NCBI RefSeq assembly: GCF_018977255.1
Contig: NW_024704743.1
Location: 7,876,001-7,940,000, forward strand
Origin: Callorhinchus milii
Taxonomy: Eukaryota
DNA: 64,000 bases
Direction of reading: 5' to 3'
Shown: one piece after another, positions 1 to 12,388 of the stretch
How the letters are laid out: the number at the start of each line of letters is the position of its first letter
How positions within the stretch are numbered: position 1 is the first letter of the stretch
The notes under the pieces: model-generated
Told to the model about the DNA's origin: nothing
Seen by the model: only the letters and a program-made list of their open reading frames with translations
The model's database searches: none
Translations under genes and position numbers: made by a program

Positions 1-307
1 CAGGCGGGAGTTGAAAAAGGAGAGTATTTACCCACTATTAGAGGGGCCCTTTGGCTCAGCAGCATTCATTTTTATTGATAAGCTGCATTTCCCATTCTTC
101 AGTTTACACTTTTTTTAAATTAAAAAAGTGCATCTAAATCCACATCATCCCCTTTTTGGCTGCACAGGTCACAAAGTGTGTTGGGCATCAGCAGTGCCCT
201 GGAATACTGTGGACCCACCTGGCTCAGGAACCGGACTACTGAGACCGCCACAGAGGGCTGGCTTGATTCAATCATTCCTTTACCAAACGTGTCACCTTGG
301 AACCAAT

Positions 308-563
308 TAATAATAATAATCCTTGCATTTGATATAGCGCTTTTCACGTCGGGAGGACGTCCCAAAGCGCTTCACAGAGTACACTGTAAATTGAATTGAC
401 TGTATATTTGTGGGCAAACGCGGCAGCCAATTGCGCACAGCAATGTCCCACAAACAGTCGTAGATTGAAAATGACCAATTTATTATTGTTTTGGGTTTTG
501 GAGGATTATTATTAGGCGTGTGGAGTAAGGAAACTTGCCCAAGGTTTCGCCCTCTGCCTGGAA
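308..563 (-). mobile_element. Same SINE, youngest tail type, 5'-truncated
   Basis: The reverse complement is near-identical to 16790-17055. Confidence 0.9.
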
Positions 564-999
564 ATTCACCTCCAAGGAGACCCTGCTTACAAACCTCCTC
601 CCCCTAGGTTGTGGTTAGATTAGTACAACAAACAAAGTGATGATACTAAGTGGAAGGATAACGAGTGGTTGCTTTTTCATGCAATTCTGGGATGATTGAG
701 TCATTACAACTACTGCAGTTACACGCTCAATTATCAGGGCATCAGTGCCTGTAGCAGCATCGGCTGAAAGGGAACAATAATGACGGTGGCGTCGCAAAAG
801 AAAGCGTCAGTGTTTCATTCAGCCACAGTTTACCCACATACCAATGAAATTAAGCAGCAGAAATATGTGGGGAAAGGCAAACAACTGATTAGATATAAAC
901 CACTGTAGAAAATAGTTTAGAATGCATTTTTAAAATGATGGAAAACTGCATCTCATTAATGGCATACTTTATATCCTGGGATGTAGCTTGCGTATAAAG

Positions 1000-1209
1000 C
1001 CCTCCACGGCCTTGCTGCTTCCTACCTCTGTGACCCGCTAACTCCATATCAACGTGTTCGCTCCCTCCCCTCAGCAGGCTCCTACCCTCCCTGCCCTCAC
1101 CCCTCCTGATCTCAACCCCCAAATCGGCTCCAAATCTCCGACTTCCCAGCACCTTGGGACGTTATCCCAATATGAAAGGCGTTATACAAATGGAATTTGT
1201 TGTTGTTGT
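1000..1209 (+). mobile_element. L2 3' fragment
   Basis: ctccacggccttgc..cctacctc followed by gcaccttgggacgt..tgaaaggcgttatacaaatggaatttgttgttgttg. Confidence 0.8.
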
Positions 1210-2847
1210 ATACTCGCATTGTGTTTGTAATAATAACAATAATAATACTCCTTGCATTTGACATAGCGCCTTATCCATAGTTGATATATCTCAAAGAACT
1301 TCACCGAATATGCTGTATAGTGAATTGATTGTATATTTTGTGGGTGAAACGCGCCAGCCAATTGTGCACAGCGGCATCCCCACAAAAAGCAACACCGCAT
1401 CTCCGGGCTCGTTCTTGGAAATGCTGCTTACACAGGCCCCCTCACCTCCTCCTCTTCCCGTCTATAAAGTACTTGAAATGCAATATGAGCTGCACCTGGA
1501 GAAAATGGAGTGCGATTGTATCAGTGCATCAGCTCACACCGCCCAGTGACTTTTAATCCCTGCCCACATTACTTTAGTCTATTTCACAGGTAATGCAGCA
1601 CATCTTCTGTGTTGCCTTTTAGCCCTATAATTACACTCCTAATTTCCTTTGTTTGTACAGATGTCTGTTTAAATATTTCAACAGTAATTCGCTACTCACT
1701 CTCTCTCCTTCCAGTGTCACGTGTAATGAGAGCTGTAACCTCAGGTAACAAGGGATATAAGATGATAATCCTCCATACTGTTTATAGGACAGAGGAAATC
1801 CGACTCTCTGTAGCACTACACTTAGGTACAATGTAATGCAGACGCTAATGAATGTTTTATGTGGTGGGGTGTGTATGCTGACTTATCTTCCACATAGAGT
1901 ATGTGGATCAAGTCACAGGGATATGACTACCAATGAAGCACATGTAGCCTGGACGTGGAGGCATGTGCAATGTGCTCACATATACACAGACTACACACCA
2001 AAGTATATACACAAACATGAATATACATACAGAAACATCTATGCTGTTGACCTAGCAGTAAGTACGAATCCGTTTGTTAGTCGATCGGCAGATTGCTTTC
2101 CGGGGGTAATAATCCTTAAAATAACGACAATAATTTGGTCGTTCAATCCACGACTGTTTGTGAGAAACTGCTGCATGTAATTGGCTGCCGTGTTTCGCCC
2201 ACAAAAATATAGTCAATTAACTTTACAGTATATTCCTCTGATGCGTTTTGAGTCGTCTCAATGATGTGATAAGGTGCTATATCAAATGCAAGGTTTATTA
2301 TTATTAAATATAAGGCAAAGAATGCAATTGCAGGCGTTATTTATTCAGTAGGATTCCAAAACACCCAGGAAAAAAAATTCTACCTCAATTGAGTTTCTTT
2401 TATTAAAAGTGTTCGGTCATTAACTCTCACAAACAAGCCAAGGCCATTGCAATAATGAGCGCCTCTGGCCAGTGACTCAATTAAACATGGAAATGTTTAA
2501 CATCTCTGCCCTGCAAACAGTAAACTGGCTACAGCAGTATCCTGTGTTCACCAGAAGGTGGAGAAATTTCTTGCTATGCAGAATACAGCCGTTTGCGATG
2601 TGTTGCCCTCATTCCGTGATAACATTTCACAGTGCAACCTTTTGTGATATTGGTGGAAGTTGGGTTGGAGAAGGGAAGGCAGTGGCGGGCTAGGGGCTGT
2701 TGGTTGGGTGGAGAGGGCGTGGGGGGGTCACCTGCCCGTTCCCCAGACCTGGACATTTTGTATGGTGCAGTGAGAAAATTAGGAAACATTAATTCCCCGC
2801 CCCGGCCTTTACTCAACAACCCCCAAGTGGGTCCTCATTGCGTGATA

Positions 2848-3590
2848 TAATAATCCTTGCAATTGATATAGCGCCTTATCATGTCGTTAAGACAACAACA
2901 ACAAAAAATTACATTTTGTATAGCGTCTTTTACATCAGGAGGACATTCGAAGGCGCTGGACAGTCAGAGATAACCACCCGAGTGGTGGTTGGGATCAGGA
3001 GGGGTGGAGGGCTGGGAGAGTAGGGGTAGGAGGGTGACCGAAGGCACAGTTGAAAAGGAGGGTCTTGAGACTGCTCTTGAAGGAGGCAAAGTAGGGGGCG
3101 AGGCAGAGGGACTGTGGGATGGAATTCCAGAGATTGCGGGCAGAGTGGCTGAAGACCTAACCGCCAATGGTGGGGCCGGCAAGGCGGGGGACGTAAAGCA
3201 GGCCAGAGCCCACCGAGTGGAGGGAGCAGACAGGTTGGTAGGGGGTTAGGCGGTCACAGGGTAAGGAGGAGCAAGGCTGCGATGAGACAAAGCGCATCAA
3301 AGAATACATTGTAAAGTGATTGACCGTGTATTTTGTGGGTGACATAGCTAATTGCGCACAGTAGTGTCCCACAAACAGTCATGGATTGAGTGACCAATTT
3401 TTTTTGAGGGATTATTACCCACAGAAAGCGATCCGCTAATCGAGTCGCAACCGAGTTCCTACTTACTGTTAGGTAAGCAGAGGCGTGTGGAGTAAGGAAA
3501 CCTGCCTAAGGTTTCGTCCCACCGGGGAATCAAACCCACGTCCTCTCTCCTGCGAGGTGAGCTCGCTGAGCACTACTCTACGAGTCTCCA
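2848..3590 (-). mobile_element. CORE-intact SINE interrupted by L2
   Basis: Tail at 2848-2893, body and tRNA head at 3281-3590. Confidence 0.85.
2894..3280 (-). mobile_element. L2 3' fragment nested inside a SINE
   Basis: (CAA)n tail at 2894 and L2 ORF2 C-terminal homology. The SINE sequence is split around it. Confidence 0.85.
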
Positions 3591-4107
3591 AAGGGAAAGG
3601 GGAGAGAAGTTAATGAATTAGGAAATATATATATGTAAGTATGCATGTATGTATAATGGATATAATTCTCAATTTATTACCTTTACTACACACATACGTA
3701 CGTACTGCCACACTGCATACAGCATCAGATCACAGATTGTCTGGGCCGTGATTATGCAATGCTCTATGGAAAGCACGCTTCTCACAACACTGTCTGAAAC
3801 TGAAGAAGCTGCAGATAAGCCTGAATGGCCCTGAAGCTGTAACTGAGCCCCCCCCCCCCCCCCCCCACTGTCAGCAGGCTCTGCACTGGCTGCGTTTCAC
3901 AATCACGTCACACAGACTGTTTGAGGATCATCCGTTCTTCTCTCCCACCAAACCCCAGGTGGCTTTTGGTGGGGAGGATGCGTCAATCCCTCCCCACTCC
4001 AAGAGGCCCAGTTAAAGGTGGACCCAGAACTCCCAACAATTATCCTTCATCGCTCAGACAGCCGATTAGAAAGCACCTCTTTCTTACAGGAAGGCTGATT
4101 TGAGACA

Positions 4108-4112
4108 TAATG

Positions 4113-4175
<63 letters not shown>
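4108..4175. repeat. (AAT)n microsatellite, the expanded tail of a minus-strand SINE fragment (4108-4372)
   Basis: About 21 units directly adjoining ccttgcatttgatatagc. Confidence 0.92.
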
Positions 4176-4177
<2 letters not shown>

Positions 4178-4389
4178 CCTTGCATTTGATATAGCATCTT
4201 TCACATTATCGAGATGTCTCAAAGTGTTTAACAGGAAATTACTGTAAAGTGGATTGACTGTAAAGTGTATTTTGTGGGCAAAACATGGCAGGCAGTTGCG
4301 CACAGCAGTGTCCCCCAAACAGTCATGGAGTGAGTGACCAATTGTATTTGTGGGATTGTTGGCCAGGACACTGATATAAACTGATATAA

Positions 4390-4480
4390 ATTTGAACAAA
4401 AAGGCAAAGTACTGCAGATGCTGGAAATCTGGTACAAACACAGAAGTCGCTGGGAACACGCAGCAGGTTAGGCAGCAGTG
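4390..4480. mobile_element. Fragment of the abundant shark repeat associated with Penelope-like element terminal repeats
   Basis: tactgcagatgctggaaatctgg..aaacacagaagtcgctgggaacacgcagcaggttaggcagca resembles a chondrichthyan repeat I remember; the class assignment is from memory only. Confidence 0.55.
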
Positions 4481-4599
4481 GGAGATTATAGAATGAACAG
4501 ATGCGTCTAAGAACCAGAGGATGTGTTAATGGTTACTGAAGAGGGGGAAAAGGGTGGGGGAGGCAAGACAAAAGGCACCACCACCCCAACACCCTCCCC

Positions 4600-4835
4600 A
4601 GCTCCACAAGTTTGTCATCCAGAACTCTACTGCCTACATTCTCTTCCGCACAAGACTCCGCAAACCCATCATCCACATCCTTGCTGGACACCACTGGTTC
4701 TCTATCCCTCAGTAGATCAGTGTTAAGATTTTCCTTCCTACCTTCAAGTGTCTCCATGGCCTTGCCCTATCGTGCCCCTGTGATGTCTCTCATTCCTATT
4801 CCCTTCTGCTCCCTCCCCACTCCCTCAAGGTTCAC
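4600..4835 (+). mobile_element. Old L2 RT C-terminal fragment
   Basis: Matches the [45 protein letters not shown] region of the long copies. Confidence 0.75.
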
Positions 4836-5005
4836 TGCAGAAGTCGAAAGCTGGCAAAGGCCGGGAAAAAAAAGGGCAAGAGAGCAGAATGGTCACGTTT
4901 CATTCCAGCCTTTCCTGGTTTCTGGGGTTTGCAATTGACCCGGTTGCAAATCTGGCAATTCGATCTTCGCAAACTGAACGTTGTAGCTAGCCCATCAGCG
5001 TGCCA

Positions 5006-5018
5006 TTGTGGCTCAGTT

Positions 5019-5049
<31 letters not shown>

Positions 5050-5495
5050 GTGGGTTAAAGCGCCACATCAGTACTGTGAACTAGACTGACATTGCAATGT
5101 GGTGCTGGGGGTGTGCTGCATTGTGGGAGGCACCGTGCTTCACCAACAACAACTTGCATTTATGTAGCGCCCTTCATGTTGGACAGCGTCTCCAAGCGCT
5201 TCAGTTGAGCCATTAAACCGAGGTCCTGTTTGCCTGTTCAGGTGGGTGTTAAAGATCCCATGTCACTGTTCGAAAAAAGAAGGGCGTTTCCCCCTAGTGT
5301 CCAACAATCCCTCAAAAATAACAAAATTGGTCATTCACCTCATGGCTGATTGTGGGACATTGCTCTGTGCAAACTGGCTGCCATGTTCGCCATCAAAATT
5401 CAGTCATTCCACTCAACAGCATATGAATCCTGTGAAGTGCCTTGAGACGTCCGTCCTCCAGAAGTGAAAGGCATTATATCAAATGTAGATTCTTT
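5006..5495 (+). mobile_element. DeuSINE-like element with a ~60-nt antisense L2 tail inserted (about 5143-5202)
   Basis: Same head and Deu-like block as 63607, interrupted by caacaacaacttgcatttatgtagcgccc. Confidence 0.8.
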
Positions 5496-8141
5496 TTAAA
5501 AAATGAAGACCACATCATGTGCTCATGAATATAATACTAATAACTACCACTTGCATTTATATTGCACCCCTCAAGCAGATTAGCATCCCAGAGAGCTTGA
5601 TAATGATAAAATAATAATAGAATATACACACACAGTACACAGACCCATAAATCCAACATTTCCCAAAGCAGCGACTACACTGTTAGCTGCACCTTTCCAT
5701 TTAGCTGCATAAGCACAAGTGCACAGAGGAAGAAATGGTTCAATTGCGGAGTTAACTGTATTTAAAAGCTCTCTTTATGTCTTTCTCGCAGATTCACTAT
5801 ATTTTCAATTCCCTCTTGCAAGTGCAAAAGTGAATTATTTTTCACAACTGACAGTAGCTCCTGGTACCCACAGGGCTCGGGAGGCATTGACTATCTGTCG
5901 GTTTGAACCTCACTTGAAAAATGCAACTCGTTCAAACGCCGGAGAGGGGGAAAAAAATGGATGAATTTAATTGATTCTGACTAAAGAAGTCAGAAGCAGA
6001 CTTTCCCCAGAGAAACGCACTGCTGAAAACCCTTTCAATTTACAAGCAGGTTATCATAAAAAAAAGAGCAAAGCTACCTGGTCTACAAGATCACACATTA
6101 GTCAGAAATGCGGAACGCGGGGCATGGAATAACTAATGCAATAATTTAAAACTGGTACAAATCGCTATTCCTTGACAAGGCACCATTTATTATTTTGATG
6201 GATTACTGAATAAGAATGAACTGTAGAGGAGGGTGCTACCAACAGCTGCTGAAGAACCTACAGCGCTGTGGAGCAGCAAAACAATCCCCATTAGGTGCAC
6301 TGACTCACCATTCAGAGGATGTTCAATGCTAACTGAAAGCAACAGGTGTTGGCATGTTCACAACACGTTAAACATTTCTTTAAATAACTCACGGACAAGT
6401 AAATGATACCCACTCTGAGCAGGGCTGCTTGTAATTAATTTGGGGACAAGACTTACACTTCACACTCTGAGTCTTACAGTGGTTAGTTTCACATCATTTT
6501 TTTCTGAGCATAATGAATTTTGGGGAAAAACAGATGGCATTGACTTGAGCTCACAGACTAGGCTGTCTCTCCAATACAGTACAGCGGGTGCGGAGAGGGT
6601 GAAGCCCAGCTATGTCTACGAGAGGTGTTGTCCATCGATTGAGACATGAAACCAATGTATCGTCTGTCTATTCAGGTGGATGTGAATGATCCATTGACGC
6701 TACTTGAGAAGAGAAGGGAGTTTTCTCCAGTATCCTGTCCTTCAAGATAAATTGGTGATTCACCTCGTGGCTGTTTGTGACACCTTGCTGTGTGCAAATT
6801 GGCTGCCACATTTGCCTACGGAAAAAAGTGGACAGCAATTGCTCACAAAGCCCTTTGAGACATTGACATGATGACCTGCTGTAAATCTGAAAGGTTTTTC
6901 TTCCTTTAAACAAACAAGAAGGTCCAAAGCTGTTCCAACCAGGTTCGGACAGCACCAAGCCGAGTGACTTTTACGTGATTTTGAAAACCTAAATAAAGGA
7001 CTTCTCTTCCTTATTTGGATACGGGCTACATTTGAACCCTAAGATTATCCTTCCTCTCTCCACCCCCACAACTCAAACCCCCTCAACCCCCCCACCCCCC
7101 ACCCTCCACACACACACTTCCTGGGGCTGCTTCTGCAAAATCCCAGACATCAAATCAACAAGGTCCCATTTTTTTCATCATTGTAGACATTCACCTTTTG
7201 AGTCAATGGGCAGATTAAAAATGACAATAATCTTTGCGTTTGATACAATATCCATAATGTCAAGAATGTTTCGAAGTGCTTCACCAAGTCTCTGTAAAGT
7301 GTATGGACTACGTATTTTGTAGACGACCCAACAATGCTCCACAAACAGCCATGAAATTAATGACCAATGTTAGCTTTGGGATTGCAGCTAGGAGACTGGG
7401 AGTAAAAATACCTTCTCTCTTATGAATAATGCCTTGGGATGTTTAGTATCCACCTGAACAGGAAAATGGGATCTCGGCTTAATATCAGACTGTCACCTAC
7501 ACAGGTAGGTGACCTCTCTATTCTCACTTATCCCAGCTTTCGTCTCTGTTCTTGCCACACGAGAAAAGGTAATGGCCCAAACTTCCTGCACGTGCATTAA
7601 TCTGTATTAGTAAGGGAAAGAAAATGCACACATCTGTAAATAGGTGCTAGTCGATAAGGAGCAAGTAGGGGTCAGACTGGCTGTGCCCCTCTCAGTGCAG
7701 TAAACCATGACTGGCTGCCCGGCTTGTCACAGAAATCAATGGCAGAGGTCACAAGGTGCCCATTGTCCATTCTGTATCACCCGGAAGGTGGGGGAGGGGA
7801 GCAGAGGGGATATTAAAAGGGATAAATCAAAAAAATACAATATGATGGATTCCCGCTGCCACACACCTTTCACCTTATGATGAATGTCTCGAAACAATTA
7901 ACAGATAGCACCGAACTGGGAAAAGCAAGATCGTAGGATTTTGAACATATGCACGGTAAAAGAGATATGTTTTTAAGAGGGCTTGAGGGCAAGGATTTTC
8001 ACGTCTCCTTGAAGCTGGCTTTAAAAAATATTTTAAAAACTTCTCCAACAGCTCAGAGAGTTTGCTCAGTGAGTGGCTGTGCCTTACAGGTTGCGAAAAT
8101 CTCGGGTTGACATCCTGGTCAGAGCTGAGGAGTTAACTGTA

Positions 8142-8444
8142 GTGGAGTCCTGTAGCTCAGTGGTTAGAGCACTCGCTTTGCAAGCGAGAGACCTGGGTTC
8201 GATTCCTGGTAGGGTGAAACCTTGGGCAAGTTTCCTTACTCCACACGCCTGATAATAATCCCTCAAAAAAAATTGATCATTTCAATCCACCACTATTTGT
8301 GGGACACTGCTGTGTGCAATTGGCTGCTGGATTTTGCCCACAAATATACAGTCGATTCACTTTACAGTCTATTCTGTGAGGCGCTTTGAGACATCGAGAA
8401 GACGTGAAAAGCGCTATATCAAATGCAAGGATTATTATATTATT
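8142..8444 (+). mobile_element. tRNA-Ala-derived SINE, CORE-deleted subfamily, full length
   Basis: A box TAGCTCAGTGG, anticodon arm CTCGC-TTTGCAA-GCGAG and B box GGTTCGATTCC, then CCTTGGGCAAGTTTCCTTAC, the shared 3' body, an L2-like tail and (ATT)n. Confidence 0.9.
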
Positions 8445-9902
8445 AGAACTGATCTCAGTCAGGGTTGCAGTGGGGGTGTCACAATCCAAGTTCTATGACT
8501 TAATAAATGAACCAGTTGCCAATTTCCAAATCCCAGTGCACCCCTTGCTGAACTGTGTCTGAGCTTTCAGTTACTATAGCCATAATCTCCATCTATCCCT
8601 TCACGCCCTCTCTCTATCTGTCATTAAGTCTCACTTTAAAACCTATGTCGGTCCCCATAGCTATGGTCCCTCCCCCTTGCTCGGCATCCAACTCCCTTCA
8701 TTGTGAAACTACAAAACATTAACCTACTTGCAGGGCTCTGTATAAATGTAAGTCATAATAATAATCCTTACATTTGGTATAGCACCTTTCACATTGGGAA
8801 GACGACCCAAAGCGGTTCACAGGATTGTGAAGTGCAGTGACTGTTTTGTGTGGAGAAATGCGTTAGCATAGGCACATAGCAAAGTCCTACAACCAGCCTC
8901 GAGGTGAATAACCAAGTTGTTGCTGTACGTGTAATTGGGTTTCAGGTCAGAACAGGATCATCTCGGTCATGAAGTCCCTGTAGTCGAACAGCCTACCGTT
9001 GCTATCAAGGATTACACATGAACATTGAACACTTCGAAGAGCTAATTTCACGACTGTGTGGGATATTTCTGTGGGCAATTGTGCTGCCGTGTTTGCTACA
9101 AATAAACAGCCAATCCATTTCATAGTAAATCCCATGAAGCGCTTGAGATGTTCTTCTGACGTGATAAGGTGCTATATACCAAATGCAAGGGGGAAGGAGG
9201 AATGTACTATCTTTGGGAGACTGATGCTTTCAGGTGAGAAGAACAAAAAAAGTCCTCTTTAAATTTCCCCTCACAAACTGTATTCAGACATTAAATTTTT
9301 TTTCAAATAAATTTATGACAATGTTGAGTACTGCGCCAGAGAGACGTGACTGCACTACCCATTGTACCCAAGTGAAACTGGAGCTCAGACCTTAATCTGC
9401 TCAGTTCTGTGAAAACATTTGCACTCCATTTACAAAGGTGGGGAAACTGAGACAATCACTGTGACAGCACTCATTACAACACACCGGAAACCAACTGCAG
9501 TTTGCCTGTGGAAAACACGTTTTCCTTCCAGCAACACACGATACATTTCCTGGCACCTATCTGGTTACCTAATTGTAAGTTGTGAAAACAAACCTAAGTA
9601 TTTTATTCAAGGGGAATTTGCTGCTCCATAGGCTCCATGGGAACAGTGTGATGATTACAAGACTTGCATCCCAACCCTTAACAATAATAATAATCCTTGA
9701 ATTTGATATATAGTCTTATAATAAATAATAATCCTTGCATTTGATATAGCGCTTTTCACATCTTATCGACGTCTCAAAGAGCTTCACAGAATAGTGAATT
9801 GACTGTATATTTGTGGGCGAATATCAATGACACACAGTCAACGAAGCAAAGAAAGATCAGCTCCTTTATCAGCCATCTCATTTCATACAACAAAAGACAG
9901 AC

Positions 9903-10320
9903 TGTGGAGTGAAAATTGCAAGGTGTGATGAATCATACAGTTGAAAATTGTGGTTGAGATCAGTCTATAAGTGACAAACAATCTCCTTCCCACACCCCCC
10001 ATGCCAACTTTGATTTAATGGGCTAAAACAAAACTACCCCTGATCAACATTGGAGTTGCACTTTGTGGTGCCTGCAATTGTAACAAGTGCCACTGCAACT
10101 CAGATGCTTTTGTTGCGTTCAGCCAGTATCTTGTGCTGGCAGTTCCATTAGTGACCAGCGGTGGTGGCTTCCACTCCAATTGTTGTTCCAAAGTAGGGGA
10201 ATGGGGGAAGAAGACAGTGTAACACTTGCCGTCTATAATCTATATAGACCAAAAATCTCAACATGACCATTATCACTGGTTATAATTATCACATGACAGC
10301 TCTCGATTTTCACCTTCACG
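9903..10320. repeat. Degenerate long inverted repeat (old palindromic element)
   Basis: The left arm gtgaaaattg..tgtgat..gttgagat..gtctata..agtg..tccttccca is mirrored by the reverse complement of 10195-10320. Confidence 0.55.
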
Positions 10321-10327
10321 TGATATT

Positions 10328-10695
10328 GGTGTAGAGCAGTGGTTAGTTCACTCGCCTCGCAAGTGAGAGGACCCGGGTTCGATTCCCGGGCGAAATCTCC
10401 TTACTCCACCCACCTCTGTTTATCCAGCAGTAAGTAGGAATCTGGTTGTTAGTCGAATGGCAGATCACTTTTCGAGGGTAATAAACCCTTCAATCTTTTT
10501 TAAATTTGGTCACTAAATCCACGATTGTTTGTGGGACACTGCTGTGCATAATTGACTGCTGGGTCCATCTGCAAAATAATACAATCAATTCACTTTACTT
10601 TTGTTGTTGTTGTTGTTTACGGTATATATTGTGAAGCGCTTTGAGATGCCTCAAGACGTGCTAAGGTGCTATATCAAATGGAAGGATTATTATTG
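10328..10695 (+). mobile_element. CORE-intact tRNA SINE, full length
   Basis: tRNA head with B box GGTTCGATTCC, then cctctgtttatccagcagtaagtagg, 3' body and tail. Further CORE-intact copies lie at about 2040-2306(+), 13534-13870(-), 28255-28830(+), 38812-39203(-) and 59640-59883(+). Confidence 0.88.
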
Positions 10696-12019
10696 ACATG
10701 GGCCGTTTTTTGTTAGATGAACAGACTGTCACTGCCATCAGGATGAAGGTGGGGGCAGAGGGTAAAGAGTAAATACAAATACTGTATAGAATGAACTCCG
10801 AGTGGATAAAGTCAACACTGGAAATGTATTGAACAACTCAGTTAATATTGTGCGGTGACCCATTTCCTCCTTACTTGAAATAAATTACCGTGCCAACACT
10901 TCACCAAGATCGACATCATGTTTATTTGAAACTTGAAACTCTACAAGATCTTGTTTCGTTGGTTCCAATCATCGAATAACGTCTGAGAATGCACACACAA
11001 CGCGACACCTTCAAATCAGCAAACATCCAAAGTGCAAAAACCACACACAAGAGGCGTGGAGCGATCTGATCTGAAAAGGGCACTGTCGGTGAAATCAAAC
11101 TGAGGTAGAACGACAATAATTCCATTTAACGTAAACAAAGCAAACTTCATGTGAGTTGCACACGGAAATCTTCTGTGCCTGCATAGGGTTTTATTTTAAT
11201 AGAAAGAAATCTTGTTATTTTGTGTTTCGACTTGTGCGTTTGTATTTTTAAGATTGAAGAAGGTTAATTTTATTTTCTTCTCCCAGGTGCGAAAGGCAGG
11301 CAGGTGTCCTGCTCTTATCTCAGTCTTTGGCTCTCGTTCAGTGGCATAGTAGTCTTGGATGATTGACAGCCCAAGTGTCCCTCTGTAGGTACATGTGACA
11401 AGGTGGAGATCAGAGACCAACAACTCACTAAAATAACCTTTGACGCATCGTACTTATTCACTGTTGCCGAGTGCATTTTATCATCCGTGATTCTATCTCT
11501 CCTCCCGCACCTCTCCACCATCACCCTGCTATCCAAAACACAGCACGGATCTCTCAAACTCACCAAAGTATATGACAAGCAATTCAACCAAGTTATTTCA
11601 GAGCTGAATTTTAATGGTCATTAAGGCACTTGTTAACAGAACTCTGAGCCTAAAATATCACTGGTAATCCATTCGGTATGAAACACCACAATCGGTCTTG
11701 TTAAATTCAACTGGACAAGTTTTTTTAAATAAAAAGCATAGAACTAACTTATTTCTTATCCTGTCTGATTTCCCCTCTCCCCAGCTATGATCCAACCCCA
11801 CGTGGAGAAGTAAAAAAGTAGAAAACTCTTTAAATCCAAATGTAAAATATACCTTCTCTGGCTGACGAGTGGTAAGTATGTGTGTAAAGAGGAAGCCAGG
11901 AGCTGGCTTCTACCATCACAGGCTCCTTCATTCTAATCTCTGTGAGGCATCTCCTCATTGCCAATCGTTCCATCTTATAACAACAGTTTTTCAAACAAAA
12001 CAGCATAAACTTCACATGT

Positions 12020-12388
12020 ATCACAGAACGGATTGACTTCAAGGTCCTCTCACTCGTCTACAAATCCCTTCAAGCACCTCCCTATCTCTCCAACCTGCTT
12101 ACTCCACTGCCTACTGCTTCCACTCAGCTGGCTCTGGCCTCATGCTTGTCTCTCATCCTTCTGTTCCATCATCAGCAGCTATGTTTTTACACAATACGCC
12201 CCGAAACTTTGGAACTCTCTCCCTGAATCCCTCCACCTTGTCCTCTCCTTCTCCTTGTCAGATCACACCTGAAGACCTTCCAGTTCAACCATGTTTACGG
12301 TCACCCCCACACCTCCCCAGCTTGGGGTCTTGCTCCACCACTGTTAAGCATTCCTGAGATGCTACCCTGCATGAATAGTACTATATAA
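12020..12388 (+). mobile_element. Old L2 3' fragment, second tail type (gagacgctaccctgcgtgaagggcgct)
   Basis: RIDFKVLSL..YAPKLWNSLPESL. The same tail type recurs at about 15465, 31480, 34215, 47795, 48900, 60550, 61795 and 62240. Confidence 0.75.

Noticed and set aside
4533..4757. ORF METLEGRKENL.. and similar acidic/Gly-rich ORFs (2989, 21702, 33169, 35929, 42339, 57364)
   Set aside because: These are antisense shadows of L2 ORF2.
8144..8215. tRNA-Ala(TGC)-like sequences (also at 16418, 16731, 46092, 52505-52575, 59640, 59888, 60961)
   Set aside because: They have A/B boxes and an anticodon arm but no acceptor-stem 3' strand, and they run straight into the SINE body. They are SINE heads, not tRNA genes.
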